Shown: piece after piece, positions 28,155 through 38,956 of the stretch
Position numbering within the stretch: the first letter of the stretch is position 1
How the letters are laid out: every line of letters begins with the position of its first letter
Source of the DNA: a virus
Taxonomy: Duplodnaviria; Caudoviricetes
DNA length: 64,000 nt
Virus record (IMG/VR): IMGVR_UViG_3300014039_000032
Coordinates: 6,209 to 70,208 of that record
Strand: one strand, 5' to 3'
Made by a program: the position numbers and the translations under genes
Notes under the pieces: model-generated
Seen by the model: only the letters and a program-made list of their open reading frames with translations
Databases searched by the model: none
What the model was told of the DNA's origin: nothing

Positions 28155-28768
28155 CAGCCCTTCTTCATCATTCTATCCAGCATGACCAGCACTTCCTCGC
28201 GCGTAGTAAACGCCTTGGGACGAGTACCATCAGTCACGCCATCCTTCTTCATTTCGGCAATGCTTGCCGTTGCCCAGCTCGATGCGGATTTCTTGCCAAG
28301 CTCGACAAGGTACACATCCATCATCTTGTTGAAATCCTCTTGAGTCATATCATCATACTCCTTCATCATGGGCGGCAGATTCAACTTGCGCACCATGGCG
28401 TTTGTCCACTTGCCCCCATCATCCCATTGGAAATGCGGCTTATCAGGGAACGACTTCCAATCGCCGCCCCAAGTGAAGCCCATCTCCTTGCCAATCTTGC
28501 TAACGCCGCGCCAGAAATTAGCATCATCGTACTCATGACCTTTGACGTTCTTGCAAATATCAAACGCCAGCCCGACCTTATCCCAATGAAAGCTCGGCAC
28601 AGCAGTCTTGGCATATCCATTCTTGCAAAGTTGCGCCTGATACTCGGCATCCCGCACTGTCTGCGTGACAAGCACGGGATAGCCAGCCGCCTTACACCTC
28701 TCAATGAAGATGCGGCAATTCACGGCAACGTCCTTGCGCAACTTATCAATATCTCTACTGTTCAGCAT
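28154..28768 (-). CDS. Endolysin, M15-family (L-Ala-D-Glu) peptidase
   Basis: R...Q..L, SFH...GLAFD, WGGDWKSFPDKPHFQ. Confidence 0.88.
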   Translation of the reverse strand: MLNSRDIDKLRKDVAVNCRIFIERCKAAGYPVLVTQTVRDAEYQAQLCKNGYAKTAVPSFHWDKVGLAFDICKNVKGHEYDDANFWRGVSKIGKEMGFTWGGDWKSFPDKPHFQWDDGGKWTNAMVRKLNLPPMMKEYDDMTQEDFNKMMDVYLVELGKKSASSWATASIAEMKKDGVTDGTRPKAFTTREEVLVMLDRMMKKG

Positions 28769-28773
28769 ATCCG

Positions 28774-29073
28774 TTACCCCTCAATAATGGATTGAGCCAA
28801 CGACGCTACGTTCTCAATCCCATACTCGCTCGCCATCTCCTTGACAAAGGCAACGGCGATTTTCTTCTTATTCTCAGCTCGTTCCTTAAATGCATATGCC
28901 GCAGTGTACACGCCCGTATCAGCCCATGCAAAGCCACATAGCGTGGCAAGGTCGGCCATGTTCCTATCTGTGAAGAAGACGCCGTATACAAGAGCCGCGC
29001 TCAATGCAATAGTCACGACCCACGACACGACGCCCCACTTCTTCATGGTCGACATTTTCTTGAGAATCCTCAT
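28774..29073 (-). CDS. Holin-like membrane protein
   Basis: Two TM segments, basic N-terminus, adjacent to endolysin. Confidence 0.55.
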   Translation of the reverse strand: MRILKKMSTMKKWGVVSWVVTIALSAALVYGVFFTDRNMADLATLCGFAWADTGVYTAAYAFKERAENKKKIAVAFVKEMASEYGIENVASLAQSIIEG

Positions 29074-29345
29074 GTCTCAAAATACACCTCGCCCTGCTTA
29101 ATGCCAGTTGGCGGCGTAGGGCTTACCTTGATAATATCTTGCTTGAACGTCGAGTCGTCATTCTCTTCAAGCGAGACAATCTGGCTCGTGATAGCATTGA
29201 GAGCTGCTGCATTGACAATCTTGCCACTAAGGCTTGTATCAGCCAGCAGATTCAACGCCGAATCAATCGAGCCAGCTTGCCACAGCTCAACAAACTGCCG
29301 CCATTTGGCTTTATCGGCGAGATGGATATCTTCATATGTCATCAT
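29070..29345 (-). CDS. Small structural protein (paralogue of 29342-29662)
   Basis: Shared T.(E/Q)D...AD...Q...G.I..A..LL, K...A..LN.I and S.T.P...G..(W/Y)F pattern. Confidence 0.6.
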   Translation of the reverse strand: MMTYEDIHLADKAKWRQFVELWQAGSIDSALNLLADTSLSGKIVNAAALNAITSQIVSLEENDDSTFKQDIIKVSPTPPTGIKQGEVYFET

Positions 29346-29662
29346 GCGTTACCACCTGTATCAAACCAGAAGTCTCCGGCAGCTTGGTCGACAGGCTGGG
29401 TGTCGCTGACGATATATGCAGGACTCCAACGCTGGAGGTAATACGTCTCAAGGGCATCCATAGCATCCTTTATGTTGTTCAGATATTCAGCCGTGATGAC
29501 CTTGTCCGCACCATCCGTCATCTGGGCAAGTATTTGCTTTGCCTTTGCAATTTCGCCGCTCTGCATAGCCGTCTGGTACTGAGCCAGCAGGATAGCATCA
29601 GCCGCCGTTACGTCTTGCATGGTCGGGAAGTTGTCCTTGGCATTTGGAAAATTTGTTGCCAT
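29342..29662 (-). CDS. Small structural protein
   Basis: See paralogue; C-terminal VSDTQP..AGDFWFD. Confidence 0.6.
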   Translation of the reverse strand: MATNFPNAKDNFPTMQDVTAADAILLAQYQTAMQSGEIAKAKQILAQMTDGADKVITAEYLNNIKDAMDALETYYLQRWSPAYIVSDTQPVDQAAGDFWFDTGGNA

Positions 29663-29679
29663 CTGTAATCATCTCCTTA

Positions 29680-31161
29680 TCAGTATGGAGGATAGTAGGA
29701 ATATAACGTCATGGCGCTTACATCCATGCCATTGATATCCCCATAGTCCGCGCTAAAGGATTTAATCATGTAGCGCCCAGTGGTCGTGCCACCTTTGACC
29801 GCGTGTTCTATGACCGTGTTGACGTCAAGCCAAGGGATGGGCAACATACCCATAGACAACGCATCGTTCAGTCGGCACTTCCAATAAATTTCGAGCTTGG
29901 CTCTCTCAAGCGCCAGCTCATCGCTCGTAATGTTGTCGTAATCACCGCCATACAGTACCTCACGGATGATGCCCACAGAGCCGCCAGTATAGAACGGGCT
30001 GTCAGGGTTGTCATCCTGCCATACGGCTTGGGCTTGCTGATGGCCCATGAATAGCCATGTCTTTGTGGTCACGGCGTCATCGCCCTCACCAGTTGTTTCC
30101 TCTTGAAGGTTCGCCACCCAGTAGACATCCTTGGCAAGATTCTTGATTGGCTCGCCAGCAGAATCAACAAGCGGCAATGCATCGTGCGTAACCTCAGAAC
30201 CATCAACGGCGTTGCTGACAACCTTGATGGTGATAGCCGTGTCCGTGATATCTGCATCAGGCGTAAAGCCAATCATGGTATTAGCTGGCAGTTCAGGAAG
30301 GTCGGCAATCTTGACTGTAATAGCGCCGCCGTCAATCGTAATCTCACTTGGGTAGTTCACGATATCATGGCTTCTGCCCCATACCTCGATGTAGTTCTTG
30401 ACGGATTCAAAGCTCGTGTTGATAGATTCGCTCTGGACAATCTTGGGCAGGACATTATCATCCAGCAACACAGGCGCATCCTCGCCAGTCGGGATATACT
30501 CGTAATGGAATACGCCGTCAACGTCAAAATACATCTGGTATTGCGGCAGGATATCCCTCAGAGCAGAGAGGATGTCGTATACAGTGCCACCTTGCTCAAT
30601 CTTGATTTCATATGGAACTTCCTGTACAGTACCATCACGCAGCTTGCAATCGTCAACCACATACTTGTCAAAGCCCGCCAAGCCGAGGCAAGTAATGATG
30701 GCGTCGCGCACACTCGAGCCTTGAGGGATAACATAGGGGATACCCGTCAGAGTACCATTACGCAAACCTGTCAGCTTGGCCATCAGGTCAACAGCGCTGA
30801 AGCTCAGGGCGTTGGTCGCGGTATCATATTGCCAGCTTGGGTCGTTGATAAGGTATATACCTTGGTTGTACCATTGAATCTCGCCAGTACGAATATTCTC
30901 AATGCCGATATACGGCTGAATCATCTTGTCAAGCCAAATCTTGCTGCCAGCCTTAATGTCGAACGAGCTGTCGGTCACAACGATTTCAACATTGCACGTC
31001 CTGCGAATATCGCTGTCAGCATCAACGCTTACATCAAAGCTCATGACATTACCGCTCAGCTCATCCACAACCGTATAGTCGAAGTCGAGCAGATTCACCT
31101 TGAGGTAACGATTGATGATACGCTGTTGAATGATATCGTAATCCTGTTGCTGGATAATCAT
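29680..31161 (-). CDS. Baseplate/tail hub-like protein
   Basis: D.DSDIRRTC, AVDLMAKLTG, FDVDGVF; positional. Confidence 0.55.
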   Translation of the reverse strand: MIIQQQDYDIIQQRIINRYLKVNLLDFDYTVVDELSGNVMSFDVSVDADSDIRRTCNVEIVVTDSSFDIKAGSKIWLDKMIQPYIGIENIRTGEIQWYNQGIYLINDPSWQYDTATNALSFSAVDLMAKLTGLRNGTLTGIPYVIPQGSSVRDAIITCLGLAGFDKYVVDDCKLRDGTVQEVPYEIKIEQGGTVYDILSALRDILPQYQMYFDVDGVFHYEYIPTGEDAPVLLDDNVLPKIVQSESINTSFESVKNYIEVWGRSHDIVNYPSEITIDGGAITVKIADLPELPANTMIGFTPDADITDTAITIKVVSNAVDGSEVTHDALPLVDSAGEPIKNLAKDVYWVANLQEETTGEGDDAVTTKTWLFMGHQQAQAVWQDDNPDSPFYTGGSVGIIREVLYGGDYDNITSDELALERAKLEIYWKCRLNDALSMGMLPIPWLDVNTVIEHAVKGGTTTGRYMIKSFSADYGDINGMDVSAMTLYSYYPPY

Positions 31162-31168
31162 GCCGCCA

Positions 31169-32092
31169 TCACACTCCCTCTGGAATCATGCCCGCTTCAT
31201 ACATATCTTGCTTGTTGTTGGGGTCGCCAATTTCCGTCCAGTCAGCCGCCATAGTATTCCAGCCCATACCGCTACGGTCATCAAACGTGATGCTTGGATT
31301 ACCAGTGATGTATACCAGCCATTCCGCACCATTCCAATCCTTGATAACCTTTGGCTTTTTGTTGTTCAAGAATTTCAGCAAAGCCTCACGCTGTTGGACA
31401 ATAGCCTTGCGGTCAAACTTGCCATCACGCAGATAGTTGGGCGGCAGGATATCACCGCTGATGTTGCCCTGCTTATAGTCCACCAAGCCATTGCTGATGA
31501 TGATGGGGTATTGCCTACCAAGCGCCGTATATGTGCCAACCTGATGCACGGCATCCATCGTGCCATATGTCACGTTGGCATAGAACTTGAATACCGTGTT
31601 GACATCGCAGATGAACACGCCGTCAAATTGACTCAGGATTTCTTGAATATTGTACTCGCCCTCAACAATCGTGCCTTCGGTATTGGCCATGAGTGGCACA
31701 TAGGCATATTCATACTCGACGCCGCTCGCCGTGGTCGTATCGTTGAACGTAAAGATAAAATCTTCTGGCGTATTGATTTCCACAGTCTTGATGGTCATCC
31801 AATCAAACGTGCCCTTAACACGCCGCTTGACCTTGACCGCCGTGATATCAGCCGTGATTTGCTCCAAGTTGCCCGCGTTGACATTGCCATCAAAGTTGCA
31901 ATCCATGATGGTATCAAAGTCCCAATCCGTGGGCTTGGTGTGGTCGTAATCCATCGTGGTATTGCTGGTTACGTTGAAATGGTCAAAGATGCCATTGGCC
32001 AACTTGGTCGTCGTGATATTCCGAATCATCGTCGCCATAGGGTCAAGCGAGTTGATGTCCGAGCAGAAATTATAGCCTACAAAAGAAAGCAT
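31169..32092 (-). CDS. Distal tail-like structural protein
   Basis: ATG 32092 is TGATG-coupled to the upstream gene; positional. Confidence 0.55.
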   Translation of the reverse strand: MLSFVGYNFCSDINSLDPMATMIRNITTTKLANGIFDHFNVTSNTTMDYDHTKPTDWDFDTIMDCNFDGNVNAGNLEQITADITAVKVKRRVKGTFDWMTIKTVEINTPEDFIFTFNDTTTASGVEYEYAYVPLMANTEGTIVEGEYNIQEILSQFDGVFICDVNTVFKFYANVTYGTMDAVHQVGTYTALGRQYPIIISNGLVDYKQGNISGDILPPNYLRDGKFDRKAIVQQREALLKFLNNKKPKVIKDWNGAEWLVYITGNPSITFDDRSGMGWNTMAADWTEIGDPNNKQDMYEAGMIPEGV

Positions 32093-33183
32093 CAGGCGCT
32101 CACCCCCAAATTCTCCATGATGATATCGTAAAGGTCTCCATCCTGTCTCAGCCAAGCAAATACTTGGTCGTCATCGTCAGGCTTGGTAATTGTTGTAGAT
32201 TTGATGACATATGCCCACGCAAAGTCAAGATTCTTGACCCGCAGCTCCCACCATGCCTTTGTTGCATCCTCGCGGTAGACAAGGCTTACGGTGTCGCCAG
32301 TCGTGTTGCTGAAGCGCAGTACCTCGCCATCGGGAGTAAATGCTCGACCCCAAATGCGCGTGGTATAGCCATTTGTAATCTCATAGCCGTCATCCCACGT
32401 CACGCCATGCTCACGAGCATCAAGCGCTGTGTTATCATCGGTGTACACAGGCTCACCACCGCCATCAATCTTGCCAATGATTGCCACGACATTGCAATCA
32501 ATCGTGATATACCCCTCTTGACATTGGTTCGTCAAGTAGATATAACTATACAAAGACGGCTGTGTATAGGTTGTCGTGAACCCAACCTTGCCAGTGGTAA
32601 TCTGACGGCCACCAGTGGTCACGCCAACAACCTCGACCATATACGCCGTCTTATCAACCAAGCCGCTGAACAAATAGCTCAGGTCAAGCGGCAAGGTCTT
32701 GCTTGAATTGTATTGAGCGCCAGAGGTCGACAGCAATGTACCAGCCGCGTTATACAGGTTGAACACGAACTCGTTCAAATATTCATTGGCATTTGGCGTT
32801 ACATTGTTGTATCGGACAGCAAAGGCATAGCTACTGTTGCCAACCTCGCCCTCATCAGCAATATTGGTAAAGGCAAAGCTGGGCTGAGCATAGCAATAGA
32901 ACTGGACAGCATTGGACTCAGCCGATGTTTCACCAGCCGCGTTCTTGGTCTGGATGGTCGCCTGATAGTATGTGCCATTGGTCAGCGTACCAGCAGGGAC
33001 AATATGCTCTAGCTTAAACGTCGTGATGCTTGCTGTGTATACAACCTCAAGCGTCGCGTTGTTTTTAATGGTGATGGTGTTGCCCGTTACTTGGTCGCCA
33101 CCACGAACCGCGAAGGTAAATGTTTGCGCATTGCTCGCATCAAAATATGGAACAGGAGCAAGCACAGGAGTTGTCAGAGCCAT
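32092..33183 (-). CDS. Tail structural protein with Ig/FN3-like beta domains
   Basis: Beta-rich sequence (YYQATIQ, YMVEV); positional. Confidence 0.55.
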   Translation of the reverse strand: MALTTPVLAPVPYFDASNAQTFTFAVRGGDQVTGNTITIKNNATLEVVYTASITTFKLEHIVPAGTLTNGTYYQATIQTKNAAGETSAESNAVQFYCYAQPSFAFTNIADEGEVGNSSYAFAVRYNNVTPNANEYLNEFVFNLYNAAGTLLSTSGAQYNSSKTLPLDLSYLFSGLVDKTAYMVEVVGVTTGGRQITTGKVGFTTTYTQPSLYSYIYLTNQCQEGYITIDCNVVAIIGKIDGGGEPVYTDDNTALDAREHGVTWDDGYEITNGYTTRIWGRAFTPDGEVLRFSNTTGDTVSLVYREDATKAWWELRVKNLDFAWAYVIKSTTITKPDDDDQVFAWLRQDGDLYDIIMENLGVSA

Positions 33184-33199
33184 ATATTGATTGCTCCTT

Positions 33200-35167
33200 T
33201 CATGTTATGATTTGATACCAGTAGTCACCAGCTTTGAGACCTGATGGCTGCGTGGGCGATAGGATTATTTGGACGCCGCCACCGCCAACATCAATCTCAA
33301 CCGCGCCGGTCTGCCCATTTACAGACGTAACAGGGTATGGAGGCGGATTGCTGGCAGAATATTGTTTTACATTGTCAACGTTACCAAGTCCTACATCGCC
33401 TTTAGCAAGCTCCACATCTCCGGTCTTGCCAGCCACACTTGTCACTGGATAAGGCGGTGGATTGCTCGCGCTATACTGCTTAACGTTGTCAACATTCGAT
33501 AAACCAACGTCTCCCTTAGCCATCGTAATATTGATGGCTTTGTTGGCAGATGCATTTGCCGTGAATGTGCCCACAGCTGTGCCGTTCTTCTGGATGGTCA
33601 GCGTGGCATCATTGACCGTTGGCAACTGGCCAGCAACATAATCGGGAATTCCGCCAGCATCCTCAACAGCACCAGTCGGGTCATATGTCGCCTTGAGCAT
33701 GTCGCCCGCGCCAGCGCCAGACAAGGCATCAGCCACAGCTTTCTCACTCGGCACCTTGGTCGTGCTTGTGCCAAGGGTTTGTGTCACGTCGCTGGTAGCC
33801 ACAGCCCCAACATCAGATGCACCAAGCACCACTGTTCCTGTCTTGCTGTTCACGCTAGTAACAGGTGCGCTCTCCAGCTTCTTATTAAGTTGCGTCTGGA
33901 CATTGCTTGTCACGCCATCCAGATAGCCAAGCTCTGTACTGGTTACATTGCTCACGGCTACCTTGCCATTACCATCAGATACAAGCGCACGATTTGCCGT
34001 GAGATTGTCATCGGTGATAGTACTCGCGCCGCCAGTAATTGTATCCTGTTTAGATTGTAGCGCATTGGTCAACGTGGTCACATTGCCCTTGAGCGTCGTA
34101 ATATCGCCTTGAGCCGCCTCCATGTCAGAATCCAGCATGGCGATGTTATCCTCGTTGGTGTTGATTTGTTGCTTTGCCGCATCCGTGAAGTCATTATGAG
34201 TACGCACATAAGTCGTCCCATCGCCAACATCATCTTGGGTCAATACAACCGCGCCAGTCTTGTCATTTACGGATTTTACGGGAACATCATCAGACGTAAT
34301 GAATTCGCTGTCATTGGAAAGTTGGCTCGTCTTAGTGGGCACGTCAGCCGTCTTAGCGTACGGCTCAAGCGCAGCATCCGTAATAAAGCCCACGTCATTG
34401 TCAAGCTCGCTGGTCTTAGAGGGGATGGTCGGCTTACCAGTCAAGTCATCATATGCGCCGCTGAACGAGCTTGTTCCAGCACCGATGTTTGTACGGGCTT
34501 GAGCTTTCTGCGCATCTGTGAGGCTCTGAGCCGTAGTCTTGACAGCGTTAGTAGTCACTACGCCAGTCTGCCCATCCACGCTTTGAACAGGAGCGCCATC
34601 AGCCGTAATATAGCCACTGTCATTAGTTAGGTCACTGGTAGCCGTTGGAATCTTGGTCGTGCTTGGCAAAGCCCCAACATCATCCGCCGTGAGCGTGACA
34701 TCTCCGGTTTTGCCATTGACGCTAGTAACATCGCCGCCAACATCAATCGTCACGTCGCCAATTTGACCATTGACGCTCGTGACTGGATATGGCGGCTCAT
34801 TACCCGTGCCATATACGCCAAGGTCAGAGCTGGTTCTGTTGCCCGTCAACGTAACATTGTTGATGCTGGGCTTATTGGTCAAGTTGTTGTAGTCAGCAGT
34901 TGTTGGTGTAGAGCCACCAGAACCACCGCCAGTAATCATGAAGGCATTCGACATGTTGCCTTCAGGTACGAACACGCGATATTGCTTGTTGGCTGTAGGA
35001 GCATCGCCATAGAATACAACCTTAGCCTCAACGCCATTCACAACCATCAGGGCAACATTGTTTGCAACGACGCCCTTGCATGTGCTGTTGTAAATTTTTG
35101 TTGTATTCTCTAACGCTCGGCCAACCAAAATTTGAATCGCGTCAAGAATTTCATTCCTTGCGTCCAC
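33200..35167 (-). CDS. Tail fibre with PVTSVNGxTG repeats
   Basis: Multiple VTSVNGKTG/QTG repeats, two NVDNVKQYSASNPPPYPVTSV units, coiled-coil segment. Confidence 0.75.
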   Translation of the reverse strand: MDARNEILDAIQILVGRALENTTKIYNSTCKGVVANNVALMVVNGVEAKVVFYGDAPTANKQYRVFVPEGNMSNAFMITGGGSGGSTPTTADYNNLTNKPSINNVTLTGNRTSSDLGVYGTGNEPPYPVTSVNGQIGDVTIDVGGDVTSVNGKTGDVTLTADDVGALPSTTKIPTATSDLTNDSGYITADGAPVQSVDGQTGVVTTNAVKTTAQSLTDAQKAQARTNIGAGTSSFSGAYDDLTGKPTIPSKTSELDNDVGFITDAALEPYAKTADVPTKTSQLSNDSEFITSDDVPVKSVNDKTGAVVLTQDDVGDGTTYVRTHNDFTDAAKQQINTNEDNIAMLDSDMEAAQGDITTLKGNVTTLTNALQSKQDTITGGASTITDDNLTANRALVSDGNGKVAVSNVTSTELGYLDGVTSNVQTQLNKKLESAPVTSVNSKTGTVVLGASDVGAVATSDVTQTLGTSTTKVPSEKAVADALSGAGAGDMLKATYDPTGAVEDAGGIPDYVAGQLPTVNDATLTIQKNGTAVGTFTANASANKAINITMAKGDVGLSNVDNVKQYSASNPPPYPVTSVAGKTGDVELAKGDVGLGNVDNVKQYSASNPPPYPVTSVNGQTGAVEIDVGGGGVQIILSPTQPSGLKAGDYWYQIIT

Positions 35168-35191
35168 GCCTTCACCTCGCTTTCTGTTTAG

Positions 35192-35225
35192 AAAAATGGC
35201 GGCTCAGTAAACACCAAGCCGCCAT
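35192..35225 (-). terminator. Intrinsic terminator after tape-measure gene
   Basis: ATGGCGGCT/AGCCGCCAT stem followed by TTTT on the - strand. Confidence 0.7.
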
Positions 35226-35229
35226 AATA

Positions 35230-38200
35230 TTAAGTTGCCGCATAGCTTCTCTGCATCGCCATCTGCTTGAGGCCATCAACAAATTGCTGGGCGTTACGCA
35301 CGCTCGGCAGAGAGACATTGGCCACATTCAAGATGGTGTTTCCAGCGCCAGATTTACTTGCAAACCAACGGGGGTCAGAGCCAATCTTCATCAGATTACG
35401 CGTAATGTCAGCAGGGATAATCCCGTCACCTTGATTCAACACGCGCAGCTCAGGCCCTTGTTCGCCAACCATGGCCAAGCCGCCACGGGCAGATGTTGTG
35501 CCGCTGGCATAGCCCATATCCGATAACTTCTTGCGCAACTCTTCATTGCGCTCATGAAGGCGCTTGCGCTCTTCCTCGTCAGCATCAAACCACGCCTGAG
35601 AATTTCGCGCAATCTCGTCCTCCATGCCCATAATCTTGGATTGTTCAGATTTACCAACGCTGCCGCTGAGACTACCGCCAGTCGTATTGTTTCGCCGAGA
35701 CGAACTGGAAGAGCTGGAACTTGTCGAGCCAGAATATCCAGATGTATAGCCGTACTTGTTCTTCAAACGATTCCACATATCCGCCGTGGATTCGCCCTGA
35801 ATGCCAAGCGCTTGCATTTTGGCATTACGTTGACCAATAACGCCTTTAATCCAGTCGTATCCGTAGCCCTTCTTAATTCCCTCTTCGAGGAGTTCGCCAT
35901 AGTCCGTATCTTTATCCCAGAGAGGATTATAAGCATTGACAATGTCAGCCCAAGCCTCTGCATCGCTCGCATAACCTTCGCCGCTACCGGCCCATTCGCC
36001 GGGCTGAACGCCAGAGCCAGAACCATAACCGCCTGAGCCACCACCAAGACCGGCCAAGATGCTATTGTACTGGCTCGCAAAACTCTGGAGGTTGGCCAAG
36101 CGAGTCTGCCAGTTGGCATTTTCTTGCTCGATACCAAACATCTGGTCGGCAAGGAGTTTGTTCTGCTGGTATTCATACTCACTGGTTAGATTGCTCCAAC
36201 CCTCTTTGTATTCCTCCCAACGCGCCTTCTCTTCTTCAAGTGCCGCCGTTTCGTTCTTGCGCAGAGTCTCGATATATTCCTGCTCGGCCTTGAGCGAATC
36301 CTCAATGTACTTCTTGCGGTTCTCGTAATCCTTTTGGCGATAGTACGCATTCAGCTCATTTTGGGATTTGCTTACCTCATCAGCATCGGCTTGATAGACA
36401 AACTGGCCATCCTTGAATACCATCTGCATAGTATTCTTGGCTTTGTCCAACGCCTCAAGTTTCTGCTGTAAAGTAATCTGGTCTTCAACAGCTTCATTCT
36501 GAGCTTCAAGAGCATCAAGTTGTGCCTGAGCACGTTCTTCCGCATCTTCAAGCATCTGGTCGTATTTGTCGTTGATGGAGTCGATTTGGTCTTGCAGTTC
36601 CTCGATTTTGCGAGAGGCGTACTCGACATAATAGTCGATAACGCCCTGCATCATCTGCTTCTGCTCATTTAGAGCATCAGAAACAGAATCAGATACATCA
36701 TCGACAGCGGATTCTGCATCTTTCTTGACCTCTTCGACGGCATCCTTAGCCTCTTCCTTATTCGCTTGAGTTTGCTTAGAGGTAGAAGTGCCACCACCGC
36801 CGCCGCCGCCGCCAGTCGAAGTTACAGTGGTCGGCGTATAGCTGGTCTTGAGAGAATCCCAAAGAGTCTTCGCATATTGCTTCTTGGCCATCGCCATAGC
36901 CTCTTCAGAGGTCTTGGCAAGGCCAGCCCGCATATAACCAGTTGCCGACGTGCGGATTTGGTTGGAAACCGTGGTCTCGTCCATACCAAAAACAGCCGCC
37001 ACAGCTTGAGCAGTATAGCCAGCTTGAAGCGCAAGGGCTTGCAGATTGGCAATCTGGCTCGACACGTCAAGATTGGTATTACCAACTGTGATAATAGCAT
37101 TGGCCAGCTTATCAACAAGCTCGGTGCTGGTTAAGTCGGCTTGGCTCATCACGGCTTGAAGCGCCGACACCTTCTGCCCAGTAGACAGCTCGGTATTGTT
37201 AACGTCAATGATGGCGTCAACAACATATTCCGTCAAAGCGTCGCCAGTCTTCTTGGCCTCTTGACCAGTTTGATACAGTCCGTCAACATAGTTGCTGACG
37301 TAGCTACTGGCAGACGACATAGCCTCTTGAGCATCGGCGAGAGCATAGGTCAACTGCCGCTCACTCTCAGTGGCCGTCATAATGTCTGGGTTTAGGATGT
37401 TGATAGCATCAGCCAAACGGCTTGCTTCAGATGTCGTCTTCTGATAGTCGGCAAGTTGTTCCTCATTCAGCTCATGATTCTTATCAAGCAAAGATTGATA
37501 TTCTCTGAGCTTTTCAATGAGCTTCTGGTAATATTCCTCACCAGTGATAGTTGTTGTAGTTTGCTCAAGACGAGTGCGGCCAGTCTTTCTGTCGGTCTTC
37601 TCTGTGTACGACGTCTCAATCGTACCCGCATTTTCAAGCGTCTGTTTGGCTTGCTTCTTCGCAAGTTCGTTGTATTTGTCAATCTGCGCTTGAAGCTCGG
37701 CGTTTTCCTTTTCAAGAGCATCTTTCTCCGCAAGAATCTCCGGCGTCTTGTCATTCCAAGCCATACCATTGATTTCTTCGAGGCGAGCCTTATTTGTCTC
37801 AAGTTGCTGAGTATCGGATTCAATAGACTCATTAAGTTCGTCAATGCTCTTACGACTGTCCTCAGTTGCTTTCCATAGAGCGCCGCCAATAGCCAATGCC
37901 GCAGCCACCGCAAGAATAACAGGCAAAGCGCCAGACAATAGAGTGGTAAGGCCACTAACAGCCACGCCGCCTTTGCTCATAGCCGCAGCCGTTGCGCTAA
38001 GACCCTTAGTCACAATGCTCGAGAATGTCTTGAATTGATTCGTAACAGCAGGGATAATCTTGGACGCCTGAAGCAACCCGGTAGCGCCCCAGCCAACACC
38101 AGTCAGTAATGTAATCTGCGTGACAATACGGCCAAGGTCTGTATTGGCAAGCTGTAAGAATCCATTGGCTAAGTCCAACACAGCTCCAACCAATTCGTCG

Positions 38201-38937
38201 TCAATGACGTTATTGGCAAGGTCTTGGAAAGTGGCCTTGACCGCCGTGGTCTTAGCTTCAAGACTCTCCATATACGCCGCATTTTCCTGAATGGCAGAAC
38301 CACTGGAATTGAGCGCCGTAGTTGTTGCATCTGTCGCGTGTTCAAAGTTCTGCATAACAGAAGCCAAAACCTTGTACTGGTTTGTGCCCGCAATCGCATC
38401 ACCAAGCGCGACCCGCTCGGCTTCGCTCATGCCATCCCATTTGGGCTTCAGCTCAGACAGGACGTCATAAGTGCTCTTAAGATTACCGTTTGTATCTTCG
38501 ACCTGAATGCCATATTCTTCAAGAGCACCCTGATTTTTGACTATGCGTGATGCGATGGTATTGAGACCGCGCGCGACTTGACTGCTGCGCCCAGTCATAA
38601 TTTCCGTACCAGCCGTCACAAGGCCAATGATTTCCTCAAATTCATTGCCATAGGTTGCCATACCAGCACTGGCAATTTCCATCGCTTGAGACAGGTCGTT
38701 AGTTCCTACCGAGAAATTGTTGGCCACCTCATTGTATGCGTCAATAACATGGGTGGCAAAATCCGCATCTTCGCCAAATGCACGAATTTGCGAAACAATA
38801 GATGACGCGGCATCCTCAGCGCTGACCGCCGTATCCGCTACGTTCTGATATTGTGCCGCAACCTTTGCGAGAGTGGCCGCATCTTCGTCGTTAAATCCAC
38901 TCTTACGGAAGGTTGTCGCCGCTTCAACCATTTCTGA
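35230..38937 (-). CDS. Tape measure protein, exon 2 (SEMVEAA...)
   Basis: TP901-type TMP core (YNEVANNFSVG, GRSSQVARGLNTI), TM segments, long coiled coils. Confidence 0.88.
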   Translation of the reverse strand, partial: SEMVEAATTFRKSGFNDEDAATLAKVAAQYQNVADTAVSAEDAASSIVSQIRAFGEDADFATHVIDAYNEVANNFSVGTNDLSQAMEIASAGMATYGNEFEEIIGLVTAGTEIMTGRSSQVARGLNTIASRIVKNQGALEEYGIQVEDTNGNLKSTYDVLSELKPKWDGMSEAERVALGDAIAGTNQYKVLASVMQNFEHATDATTTALNSSGSAIQENAAYMESLEAKTTAVKATFQDLANNVIDDELVGAVLDLANGFLQLANTDLGRIVTQITLLTGVGWGATGLLQASKIIPAVTNQFKTFSSIVTKGLSATAAAMSKGGVAVSGLTTLLSGALPVILAVAAALAIGGALWKATEDSRKSIDELNESIESDTQQLETNKARLEEINGMAWNDKTPEILAEKDALEKENAELQAQIDKYNELAKKQAKQTLENAGTIETSYTEKTDRKTGRTRLEQTTTTITGEEYYQKLIEKLREYQSLLDKNHELNEEQLADYQKTTSEASRLADAINILNPDIMTATESERQLTYALADAQEAMSSASSYVSNYVDGLYQTGQEAKKTGDALTEYVVDAIIDVNNTELSTGQKVSALQAVMSQADLTSTELVDKLANAIITVGNTNLDVSSQIANLQALALQAGYTAQAVAAVFGMDETTVSNQIRTSATGYMRAGLAKTSEEAMAMAKKQYAKTLWDSLKTSYTPTTVTSTGGGGGGGGTSTSKQTQANKEEAKDAVEEVKKDAESAVDDVSDSVSDALNEQKQMMQGVIDYYVEYASRKIEELQDQIDSINDKYDQMLEDAEERAQAQLDALEAQNEAVEDQITLQQKLEALDKAKNTMQMVFKDGQFVYQADADEVSKSQNELNAYYRQKDYENRKKYIEDSLKAEQEYIETLRKNETAALEEEKARWEEYKEGWSNLTSEYEYQQNKLLADQMFGIEQENANWQTRLANLQSFASQYNSILAGLGGGSGGYGSGSGVQPGEWAGSGEGYASDAEAWADIVNAYNPLWDKDTDYGELLEEGIKKGYGYDWIKGVIGQRNAKMQALGIQGESTADMWNRLKNKYGYTSGYSGSTSSSSSSSSRRNNTTGGSLSGSVGKSEQSKIMGMEDEIARNSQAWFDADEEERKRLHERNEELRKKLSDMGYASGTTSARGGLAMVGEQGPELRVLNQGDGIIPADITRNLMKIGSDPRWFASKSGAGNTILNVANVSLPSVRNAQQFVDGLKQMAMQRSYAAT

Positions 38938-38956
38938 CGTGGTTGTTTAGTCTTGA

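Noticed and set aside
33300-33510. Recent DNA-level duplication in the tail fibre
   Set aside because: The protein repeat is near-identical but synonymous sites have diverged; this is an ordinary old fibre repeat.
35230-38931. TMP as a complete 1233-aa gene starting at ATG 38931
   Set aside because: No SD, and it lacks the N-terminal TP901 segment, which is found at 39687-40070.
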